A stretch of 64,000 bases of DNA from Squalus acanthias (lineage: Eukaryota). Each line of letters starts with the position of its first letter. Position 1 is the first letter of the stretch. The stretch is taken from NCBI GenBank assembly GCA_030390025.1, contig CM059432.1, forward strand, positions 146,446,001-146,510,000. The letters run 5' to 3'. The notes under the pieces were generated by a model, which saw only the letters and a list, made by a program, of their open reading frames with translations, was not told where the DNA came from and ran no database searches. Shown here in pieces: positions 50,697 to 61,684 of this stretch. The translations under genes were made by a program, and so were the position numbers.

Positions 50697-51415
50697 GGGC
50701 CAAAAATTCATCCCGCGACTCTCGCGTATTCCCACTCCAATTGCCGGTTTTCTGCATGCCCTGCGCATGCGCTGAAAACCGGCACTTGGTCTTTTGAAAA
50801 GGGGGCGGTTCCTCGGTGCATCGCGTGCGCGCTACAGGCTGCGCGCACGCTGTGCACTTCATGCTTTGGACGCGCAGGTAAGTACGGAAGATTTTAGAAA
50901 TGGAAAAAGGAGGAGTAAGACCCACTTTTAACAAGGTAAGTAGTGAATTAAGTATTTTTTTGAATTTTTTTTAACAGGTATATCTTTTTTAGAGACTTTA
51001 AAGACAGGTAAGTTTATTTTTATAACTTTTTAAAAGATTTTACATTTTTTCAAAAATTTAATTTTTATTTAAAATGGTTAATTTATTTAACTATACTTAT
51101 TTTATTAATGTGATGGTTTTTTTTTATTTAATTGAGGTTTAGCTGTTATTTTGGGGGGGTGTAAGATTCATAGATTTCACAGCACGTATGTGAAACTTAT
51201 GAATGGAAGATGGTGTGCTGCCATTGGCTCTAACTGAGTCACGTGATCCCACAGCTCGCACGAATTCACTACGCCGGTGGGATACGCAAGCACTGCCCAG
51301 CTGATGTCTGGAACATCAAGTTCGTGCGAGCTGGATCTGAAAAAGCACAAGCGGAGTGAGAGATCGCGGGGAAGCCTTACCCCCGCGGGAACAGAGCGAG
51401 ATCAATTTCTGGGCC
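50697..51415. mobile_element. Diverged M3-family MITE in reverse orientation
   Basis: GGGCCAAAAATT...AATTTCTGGGCC; TSD ATT. Confidence 0.8.
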
Positions 51416-51906
51416 ATTACTTTTGTACCTCACAGAAGTTAAACATTCAGACTACGTTTCATTATTTTTCTGAGGTCAAAGATCAAATACTCAAAATTCC
51501 TCGCTGGGCTGCTGGCTTGCAATCATTCTAGTTTTTAAAGGGGCAAAAGATTCATGAAAAATTATCTGGCAAACTTTCATTTGGGGAGGGGAATTCTCAC
51601 AAGGTAATCTCCAGTTGCTTTGTATCTCGATGTCACATTTTTGTTCCTTAACCAGATATATGGGAGTGAGCTTTGGATCAGTGCTGGCATTGCCGCCTCT
51701 GATCCAGGAGGCTTCGGGCTCGAGCCGCACTCCAGACAGCCCCAGCGAGCGGAGATGAGTGTTCTGGTCTCTAAACACTGAGTTGACATCCAGTGGGGTA
51801 CTTCTGTCTAAACCCCCCACCCCCCCCCCCCCACTTTGTATCTAGCTGATCCTCCTGGTAGGACGTCATAGGTCAAGCTATTGACCTATACATGTGAAGA
51901 GACTTT

Positions 51907-52773
51907 GGCCACGATTTTGTAATTGCTGTCGGGATGGGTGTGGGTCAGCTGGTTTCCGGCTTCCAGTCCCGCCCCCAGCTGCCCCCGCTCCACAGACGTG
52001 ATTTTCCCTTGATTGACCTTGTTAAGCCCCGCCCTGCGGGCTTGCCGGCCAATTAACAGGAAGCGGGTCTGATGACGTCATTTGATGACCCGTCATCTAC
52101 TGGTTTCCTTAAAGGGACCGCGCACAATTTTATTTTGACTGTTGATTTCTCAGTGTTTGACAGCATTGAGGTGCTGAAAACACTGACAATCACTGCACAA
52201 AGGTGAACTCTTGCACTCAGGCTCTCCAATGGCTCCCTCCATAGGCTGGAATAGATGGCAGCTGCAGGTGAGGTGACGGAAGCGATCTGTCACTGGTGAG
52301 AGAGGTTCTCCCAATGAGGTGGCACTGGACATGGATTTCAAAACTTGTAACCTAAAGAAATCTGTAAATGTTTAAAAAATGCAGTAACCAACATTTTCTT
52401 TGCTCTGAAACTCACCATGTGCAACATTGGATCCTTCACACCACTTCTGCAGCTGTCATCATTCCTCAAACATTAGACCAGACTCACAACACGCCACACT
52501 TACCTGGCGTGGTGTCCGGACATCGGGAAACACGAGCCAGAAGCGGGAAAATCTAAAAACAGGCTGACAACTACTGACAAGTACCTGTTAATAGGCAGGT
52601 AATTGCCTTTAATCTGCTTCCCACCGCTAGGTGTCGGGTCCATTCGCAAATCGAGGACCCGACACTTGGGAAAGCTGTTTGGAGGCGGGATCGCAACCTG
52701 CCGTCAATCAAATTGAATTTAACCTCTGACCCACCTCCAAACCCGCCCTCTGAGCGCCGGCAAAATCACGGCC
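51907..52773. mobile_element. Harbinger-type element, family M2
   Basis: GGCCACGATTTTG...CAAAATCACGGCC; TSD TTT. Confidence 0.85.
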
Positions 52774-52899
52774 TTTGTTACTGAAACAACGCAGCGCACG
52801 ATCTGTTGGATGTAAAGCAGTGGATGAAATGGATTGTCTCATGTGCTTCTTGGCACGGAAGAGAAAGAAGAAGAAGAACTAAATATTGGAAGAAAGTTA

Positions 52900-53343
52900 G
52901 GGCGAGAAATTCATTATAGCCCTGTTTGGGGCGCTAAATTTTTAGAAGTTGAGAAAGTTAGTGCCAGGCGCTAATGTTTCTTAACTTTAAAAAAAATCGA
53001 TTTTGCGCTCCAGGAAGGAAGTGGAGCGCTAAATCAAGCCTTCTTGGAGCGCAATCGGCAACAGGTGGGGCAGAGACTTCAGCAGCGCTGCACACTCGCT
53101 GATCCTTCATCGTCGCTGGGTCAAAATCCTGGAACTCCCTCCCTAACCGCACTGTGGGAGCACCTTCACCACACGGACTGCAACGGTTCAAGAAGGAGGC
53201 TCACCATCACCTTCTCAAGGGCAATTGGGATGGGAAATAAATGCTGGCCTTGCCAGCGATGCCCACATCCCATAAACAAATTTAAAAAAACACTGGGCCC
53301 GGGGACGCTAACGGGAGGTGCCAAGGCGCCCAATTTCGCCCCC
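52900..53343. mobile_element. M1 MITE containing a family B LINE 3' end (53100-53290)
   Basis: GGGCGAGAAATT...AATTTCGCCCCC; TSD TTA. Confidence 0.85.
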
Positions 53344-54739
53344 TTAGGCTTTAGTAACCTGACAAATATATGCCGAGGTACCCGACGAATATTTAATTCC
53401 CTCTTTTAACTCTTTACTACGGAACTGTCTGGAGTTTTATCTCCCAGCATAGGTCTAGGGTTGACCTTGCCGAACTATCTTACATTAACCAGTTAGGATC
53501 GAAGTGAATTGAATTTACTGACCCTTGATTAGTTTGCCCTGAAGCTGCCGAGTGAGTGAATTAACACTTTCTTGCCAAACCAACAAGAACAAAGCCAGAC
53601 CACAAGTCATGCACAAAACAGTATTTATTTATAAATATTTATAAGTCACGACTTAAACTTAAAGTTAAAATCGTTGATGGACAGAGTTACTTAAGAAAAT
53701 GAGTAGCAAAAATGACACAAGCAATTCAGGATATCACTGTAAATCAGCACTAATGGGTGCTGAGTATTAACTATAGTGGGAAATAGAGTTTGAGATTATA
53801 AATTGGTGAGATTACTTCAAGCATAATTCCTTAGATAGCTGACGATTTAACAGCTATGAATAGCCAGTCTTTTTTTAATAACTCAAATCTACATGTGAGC
53901 TTAACAATGTTCAGAGCTTACACGACCTCATCCTCACAAGCGACGTGCTCAGGTCAATCTCCTTCCTTCCCTGGGATGCGGGTGTTGGCTTCTGGAGTGT
54001 TATATCGATGAACCTCTGCGTGGCAGGGTTATCTGTTTCACTTGGATCTTCACTTCCAACTAACCCCAGTGATACACGAGTGACGATATGTGAGCTGGCT
54101 TCTTGATTTCAGACTACTCGTAATGAAGCGACACTCTTAGTCCTGCTCAACGGCTGATGTGGCCACAATTTAGTTTTTAACCTGTGACACTCTGTCCTTC
54201 AAGATACCTTGTACGGGGTAAGGCTACCTCTTACACCTGCTAGGAAAAAGTTCTTACAAAAGAAGAATAGAGGAAATAAAAGTCCTATTCTGATTAACAT
54301 GGTGAGACTAAGAAAGTCTACTCCTTCTACCAAAGGCAAAGTCAGTGCTGAAGCATGGATTTTCAGATGAGTCAGCACCACTTACCCCCCCCCACACCCT
54401 TTCTTTCAACAAAGAGCTTCACATAAATGTGAGGGGCCATGCCCTGTTTATGACTCACTAAGTGCTTCTTCCCTGGACCTGAACGAGCATTAATGACTTT
54501 ATGACTTAATTACTTAAAAGCCTGTATTCAATGTTTGGAAGGCCATAGTAACGATTTTCTTCCCAGTTGAGCAGCTGAACTCCATCCTCAGCCAGCTTAC
54601 AGTACTTCCCTAACCAAACCTTGAAGAAAACTCTGCAGCAATGTGGCAGGGCACTGTTCCTACAATATATAAGGGTGGAGGATGCTAATCCTCCCCCCCA
54701 CCCAGGAAAAGCCCATTTACCTAGGCACTATGTTTATCT

Positions 54740-55047
54740 ACCTTAGGCAGTCCCTCGGAACCGAGGATGACTTGCTTCCACACTAAAAATGAGTTCTCAG
54801 GTGACTGATGAGTCCAATGCGGGACCTACAGTCTCTGTCACAGGTGGGGCAGACGGTGGTTGAAGGGACGGGTGGGGGGGGGGGGTGCTTGGGTTGACGT
54901 GCGCTCCTTGCGCTGTTTGTGCGCTTGGCTTCCGCTTGCTCCCGGCGAAGAGACTCGAGGTGTTCGACGCCTTCCCGGATGCTTCTCCTCCACTTTGTGC
55001 GGTCTTGGGCCAGGGATTCCCAGGTGTCGGTGGGGATGTTGATGTTT
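54740..55047 (-). mobile_element. RTE-clade LINE 3' end
   Basis: WESLAQDRTKWRRSI...CPTCDRDCRSRIGLISHLRTH C2H2 terminus. Confidence 0.85.
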
Positions 55048-55419
55048 GGGAAAAGGGATAGAGACCCATTTTGCTGGTCTCTGCCCCTTGTAAGTTGGCC
55101 TGGGATGCCAAGGATTACCGGGGTGGGTGCCGAGGAGCTCGGCCTGTGCTGCAGTTGTGCCACGTCTGACTGCCATTATCCGATGGAGAACCGCAAACTG
55201 AAAGTGAACTAGGGACATGAGAAGGAATAACCATGCAGTGGGGAGGGAGGGGGAGGGAGAGAAGAGTTCTGTGAGTGAGAGGCCAAGGCAGACAGAACAC
55301 AAAAACAGGAGTAAGCAAAGAAATTGAGATTAGAAAGACATTGCATTTATATAGTACTTTGTCACGCCCTCAGCACATCTGCAAGCGTTTCACAACCAAT
55401 GAATCATGCTTGGTCTAGT

Positions 55420-56620
55420 TTCAGCCTTGCCTCAGTGGGTAGCACTCTCTCGCCTCTGAATCAGAAAGTCGTGGGTTAGCGCCCCACTCCAGAGACTTAA
55501 GCACATAATCCAGACTGACACTTCAGTGCAGTCCTGCGGCAGTGCTGCACTGTCAGAGGCGCCATCTTTCAGATGAGACATTGGGCCAGAAATTTGGGTC
55601 AAAGGCTTCCCGCGGGTGCAAGCCCCCAACCTGCACTTACCTAGCGCGCCTGCCGTTGTGCTCTGGGCCCGCGTGGGATTCTGATCCTGGGCCTCCTCCA
55701 GCTGCCGGTGTGCAGTGCGTGCGTAACCCAGGGGCGCAGTTAGTTCGACGCGTCCCCTGGGATCACGTGGGCCATGGAGAGCCAATCGGAGCAGGGAATC
55801 TCCATTCATAGATTTGACAGGAAGACCTGTCAGATCTATGAATAGAGATCAGCCCCAAAACCTCACTAAAACTTCAGATAAATTTTTAAAAAACATCACA
55901 TTTTAAAATAACTATAAATTACATAAATTAACTATTTTAAACAAAAATTTAAATTTTTGAAAAAATTAATTACAGTTTTTAACGGGGCTTAAAATAAACT
56001 TACCTTTCTTTAAAGTATTTAGAAAAGATAAACCTGTGGTAAAATTACTTAATTCACCACTTACCTTGTTAAAAGCAGGCCTGGTGCCTGCTTTTTCCCC
56101 GCACAGCTGCTGGGGACTTACCCTCACACAGAAACCTGAAAAAAAAGCGGAAGTTCCAGGTCTACGCGCTGCCTCTCCGGCGCACATGGTTGACCTCCGA
56201 ACCCCTTCCATCAAGGGAACGGAAGTTCCGGTTTCCAGCACATGCGCAGTGCATGCGCGAAACCGGCACTTTTGTTGGGTCTACGGGTGAGTACCCAGCG
56301 TGCACTCGCCCGTGGAGACCCGAATTTCTGGCCCATTAAACCAAGGACCTGTCTGCTCTCAGATAAATGTAAAAGATCCCACGGTGCTATCAGAGCAGCA
56401 GAGTTCTCCGCGGTGCCCTGGCCAATGTTTATCCCTCAACCAACACCACTAAAACAGATTATCGAGTCATTTGTTTCCTTGCTGTTTGTGGGACCTTACC
56501 GTGCGCAAATTGGCTACTGCGTTTTTCTACATTACAACAGGCACTACACTGCAACGTACTTCATTGGCTGTAAAGTAGCTGATGTTGTGAAAGGCGCTAT
56601 ATAAATGCAAGTTATTTCAT
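55420..56620 (+). mobile_element. DeuSINE interrupted by an M3 MITE (55583-56334)
   Basis: SINE sequence GAGACATT|ATTAAACC split with TSD ATT; TIR GGGCCAGAAATT. Confidence 0.9.
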
Positions 56621-56869
56621 TTTCTTTCAGTCACTGTTGTTTTTGTAGGCAAACATAGCAGCCGATGTGCAAGAATGAGCAATTCTGGATTATAATTAGG
56701 CCTCATCCTTGCCAAGACCACATCAAAACATCCAGCGAGATTAAATGTGAGGCGGGTGGACAACATAACTTTTTTATGCAACAGAAATTTGACCTTTTTA
56801 TAATGAATATATTAACTACTAAAAAATGGGAAGAACTGAAACAGATGTACAATTTCCCGGCATATTCAA

Positions 56870-59800
56870 TTACAACAACGTGCTTCCATTCATTTGTACC
56901 CGGCTATCACTGTAAGAGTAACTGCTGGACCAGGCATTATGGGCCACTGTACTGTAGGTGGCGCTGTCTGCTGAGGTACAAAAGAAACCTTTGTGTATGA
57001 ATCACTATCATAGAAACATAGAAAAATAGGAGCAGGAGTCGGCCATTCGGCCCTTCGAGCCTGCTCCGCCATTCAATATGATCATGGCTGATCCTCTATC
57101 TCAATACCATATTCCCGCTCTCTCCCCATACCCCTTGACGCCTTTTGTGTCTAGAAATCTATCTATCTGCTTCTTAAATATATTCAGTGACTTGGCCTCC
57201 ACAGCCTTCTGGGGTAGAGAATTCCACAGGTTCACCACCCTCTGAGTGAAGAAATTTCTCCTCATCTCAGTCCTAAATGTCCTACCCCGTATCCTGAGAC
57301 TGTGACCCCTCGTTCTAGATACCCCAGCCAGGGGAAACATCCTCCCTGCATCCAGTCTGTCTAGCCCTGTCAGAATTTTATACGTTTCAATGAGATCACC
57401 TCTCATTCTTCTAAACTCTAGTGAATACAGGCCTAGTCGACCCAATCTCTCCTCATACGACAGTCCTGCCATCCCAGGAATCAGTCTGGTGAACCTTCGC
57501 TGCGCTCCCTCTGTGGCAAGTATATCCTTTCTTAGGTAAGGAGACCAAAACTGCACACAGTACTCCAGGTGTGGTCTCACCAAGGCCCTGTATAATTGTA
57601 GTAAGACATCCTTGCTCCTGTACTCAAATCCTCTTGCAATGAAGATGAACATACCATTTGCCTTCCTAACTGCTTGCTGCACCTGCATCTGTTTAAACAT
57701 CCCACTACTGTTTCTCTGTCTAACTTGTTGTGTTGAATGAATGTATTAAACCATGCATCTGACATCATGGAGTGGCTAAAGGGAAGCGAGGACTGCTGGA
57801 TGCAGGAGGTAAGTGCCTTTCCACTTACCTGGTGGATCCAGCTTACCGGCCTCACCAACCTTCCATGAGCAGACCTTCCGCGATCGGACCCTCCCCCCCG
57901 ACCCTGCCGATCTGCCGCCTCCGATCTCCCCCACGAGGCCTCCGATCTCCCACCCGAGGCCGCTGATCTCCCACCCGAGGCCTCCGACCTCTCCAGCCTC
58001 CAATCTCCCACCCCCCCACAGCCTTTGATCTCTCCGGCCTCCGACCTCCGCCACCTCCCCCCGGCCTCCAATCTCTCCAGCCTCCGATCCCTCCCTCCCT
58101 CCTCTCCATTCCCAGCTGCGGCCTGGTGCTGAAGGCCTACCTGCCCGACAGCCAGCCAGCCTCTCAATCTGCCGTGTTTCCCAACCTCAATCCAGCCCCC
58201 CTGCTCCCTCCCCACTTCTGAGTAAAAATCTAGCCCACAATCTTCTGCTATCTGTAAAAGTAGCAGCACTAAATTTTCATGCAGTGACAAAGTCATCTGT
58301 GACTATTGTTTTTAGCTGCATTGTAGGTTTTTTGTTGCACATGTTAGATTTCTCTAACCCAGAGGGCTGTGGAGGCTCAGTATATTCAAGACAGAGATCG
58401 ATAGATTTTTGAATATTAAGGGAATCAAGTGATATGGGGATAGTGCAGGAAAGTGGAGATGAGGTAGAAGATCAGCCATGATCTCATTGAATGGCGGAGC
58501 AGGCTCGAGGGGCCAAATAGCCGACTCCCGCTCCTATTTCTTATGTTCTTATGTTCTTATTATCTTTGGTAATTCTATGTATCATAAAAAATATTAATCA
58601 ACTCGCCCTGCCTACCAATCAACTCACTCAACCCACCAATGGCTGTATTTACTGGCAACTTCATGTCGACTAATGTATAGGTGTACAGACAACGTAGGGT
58701 CGTGGGAGGTGTAATTGGACACCAGTCACTCAGCATTCTACCTAGAATGTGTAATTTGATCCAGTCAATGACAGTCAGGCTGATGGCAGGCAATGCTGCA
58801 TTCAAGCTCTTTACAATCCTGAGGTCAGACAATGCGGCATTCAATAGAAGCAGTCACAGCAAGATGCTAAAAGGGCAGGAGTCCGTTGGAAAATCTCATG
58901 TGGCCGACCTACCCAGTCAGGCCTCCATGTGACTCTAGTCCAACTCAATGTGATTGACTTGTCCTGCCCTCTGCACTATACGACACCCTCTTCTATCTTC
59001 GATGCCCTTGTCCCCACTAAAACATTTCCCCTCTACTATTCAGCTCATTAGGTGTCAGCCGTGGCTCAGTGGGAGCACTCTCGCCTCTGAGTCAGAAGGT
59101 TGTGGATTGAAGTCCCCTCTCCAGAGACTTGAGCGCATAATCTATGCTGACAGCTCAGTGCAGTACTGAGGGAGTGCTACACTGTAGGAGGTGCCGTCTT
59201 TTGAATGAGGCGTTAAACCGAGGCCTCGCCTGCTCTCTCGGATGGATGTAAAAGATCCCACGGCACTATTTGAAGAAGAGCAGTGGAGTTCTCTAATATT
59301 TATCCCTCAACCAATATCATTAAAACAGATGGTCATTATCTCATTCAAACACAAAAGCAAAATACTGCGGATGCTGGAAATCTGAAATAAAAACAGAAAA
59401 TGCTGGAAATACTCAGCAGGCCAGGCAGCATCTGTGGAGAGAGAAACAGAGTTAACGTTTCAGGTCGATGACCTGTTCTGACGAAGGGTCATCGACCTGA
59501 AACGTTAACTCTGTTTCTCTCTCCACAGCTGCTGCCTGACCTGCTGAGTATTTCCAGCATTTTCTGTTTTTATGTCATTATCTCATTGCTGTTTGTGGGA
59601 TCTTGTGTGAAAATTGGCTGTTGCATTTCCTTCCTTTCTTTATTTTCTTCCTTCCTGCCCCCTGATTTTCCCCCCATCTTCACTCCTTCAAGCCCAAGGA
59701 GCACAACAGGCCTATCCATCCATCGGCCTATCAGGCAGGACCACATCCAGCGCTTTCAAGCCTCACCTTCCTCTTCGAAGACCGCTCACTACTCCAGGAT

Positions 59801-60477
59801 CGTCCTGGAGAGCAAAGATGACCCGCAACTTCTGTTGCTCCACTCTCAGCATTTTCCTGAAACCCTCCCCTCCTCATCTCCGGCAACCAGTTGCCAGGAG
59901 CATTTATAGTTTTGCAAAACAATAGTAAAACAGTTTCAATTAAGTGGCCCCTGATCCAGCCCTATTCAGACTCAAATATTGAATAACTCGGAATGCGACA
60001 GAAGTTCGGGAATGTGGTTTGTTCAAATCTGCTGCTTCAGAGGAAAAAAATATCAAATAACATTTATTGCAGAGCAATTCATTTTCACTTAGAAATATTG
60101 ACCAAGCTAACCCACTTTGATGGAGGATCTTTTATTCTGTCATAGCCAAGTCACAGTCTGGCAAAAGCACTGAAGGGACAAGAAAATGATAAATCACATT
60201 TAAACTGAGCAACATTTGGGATGGGATAACATTGCAGAATACATATTTGCTATAAACTGTGGCAGGTTCAGTGAAGGTCTGGTATCCCTGAGCTGAATGG
60301 TCTACAGTTCACGCACTCATGAAGCTCCCCTCCCCCCACACAACCCCGATAGAGTGACTGAAGCTGTAATATTAATCCAAACTATTAAAATAACGCCATT
60401 TAAAAAAAATGTAAATACATTACCCATGCTTGCCTTATTGTCCCTTTTTTTTGTTGATCTTCTCTCACTTTCTGATC
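56870..60477 (-). CDS. Candidate 3' exons of an unidentified host gene (60424-60477, 58637-58741, 56870-56970)
   Basis: AG/GT boundaries, all phase 1, open frame ending ...DSATYSTVAHNAWSSSYSYSDSRVQMNGSTLL*; no homolog recognised. Confidence 0.35.
57009..57690 (-). mobile_element. CR1 3' fragment with an open frame (relatively young)
   Basis: 199-aa ORF 57101-57700. Confidence 0.92.
58355..58560 (+). mobile_element. CR1 3' stub
   Basis: 3' UTR and TTATGTTC repeats. Confidence 0.85.
59072..59630 (+). mobile_element. DeuSINE interrupted by a self-inverted Penelope pseudo-LTR (59346-59573)
   Basis: 14-bp TSD GTCATTATCTCATT; hammerhead core at 59475-59510. Confidence 0.88.
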
Positions 60478-60879
60478 CTGTGAAGGGTCAGTTCAGCCAT
60501 GCTGTGCTCCCCAGCAACCCTCGCTTGATGGGAGAGTAGGTCACAGGTCACACGAGGGTCGTAGGGTCGGTTTTGTGATGCACACTCCCAGCGAGCAAGG
60601 CTTTGTGCCGGGATAGCAACATGGCAGAAATTGCAATTTTACTTTAACTGTATTTTGTCTCTGTTCTAACTAATACACTTTATTCTACCTATCAGAAATT
60701 CTTTTAAAAATACATTCAAAAATTAAGATATTTAACCAAGTTTGTAACCCTCAGATCCTTCTATTCATTTTGGAGGTGATAACAACACTAAATAAAATTA
60801 CTATGTCAGCAGGAGTAGAATTGCTTGGCAGGTATATGTCGCAGCGCAGCAACATAAGATTATGTTTCCTATTTCCCTT

Positions 60880-61683
60880 CCCGGCCCCCATGCTAGCTCA
60901 CATTGTGAATGATTCTCTCTCATCTGGGACTGTCGCCCTCCCTTTCAAAACATGCCATCAGCGTCCTAATTGACCCTGAGTTAAGCTTCTGGCTCCATAT
61001 CCTCTCCGTCACAAAGCCCGCCTACTTCCTCCTCCGTAACATCTGGACCGCTGCCTCATCCCACCTGCTGTTGAAACATCATTCATGCTTTTTTTTTACA
61101 TCTAGACTCAAATATTCCAAAGCTCTCCAGGCCAGCCTCCCATCCCCCCATTTTCCATAAACTTGAGCTCATCCAAAATTCTGCTGCCCGTATCCTAACC
61201 CGCACCAGCTTCGACTAAACCCTCATTCCTGTGCTCGCTGACCAACAGTGGCTACATCCCAGTCTGGCAACGCTTTGATTTTAAAATTCTCACCCTTGTT
61301 TTCGAATCCCTCCATGGCTTCGCCCCCCTCCCTATCTCTGTAACCTCCTCCAGCCCTTACGTCCTTCAGAGATCTCTGCGCTCCTCCAATTCTGGCATCT
61401 CGCTCATCCCCGATTTTAATCGCTCCACCATTGGCAGCCGTGCCTTCAACTGCCTGGACCCTAGGCTCTGGAAACCCCTCCCTAAGCCTCTCCGCCTCTC
61501 TACCTCTCTCTCCTCCTTTAAGACGCTCCTTAAAATCTACCTCTTTGACTAAGTTTTTGATCACCTGTCCTAATATATCCTTATGTGGCTCAGTGTCAAA
61601 TTTTGTTCAAATTTTGTTTGATAACTCTCCTATGAAGTGTGTTGGGATGTTTAACTATGTTAAAGGCACTATATAAATGCAAG
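60880..61683 (+). mobile_element. L2 3' fragment
   Basis: Colinear with 44590-45412. Confidence 0.85.
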
Positions 61684-61684
61684 A

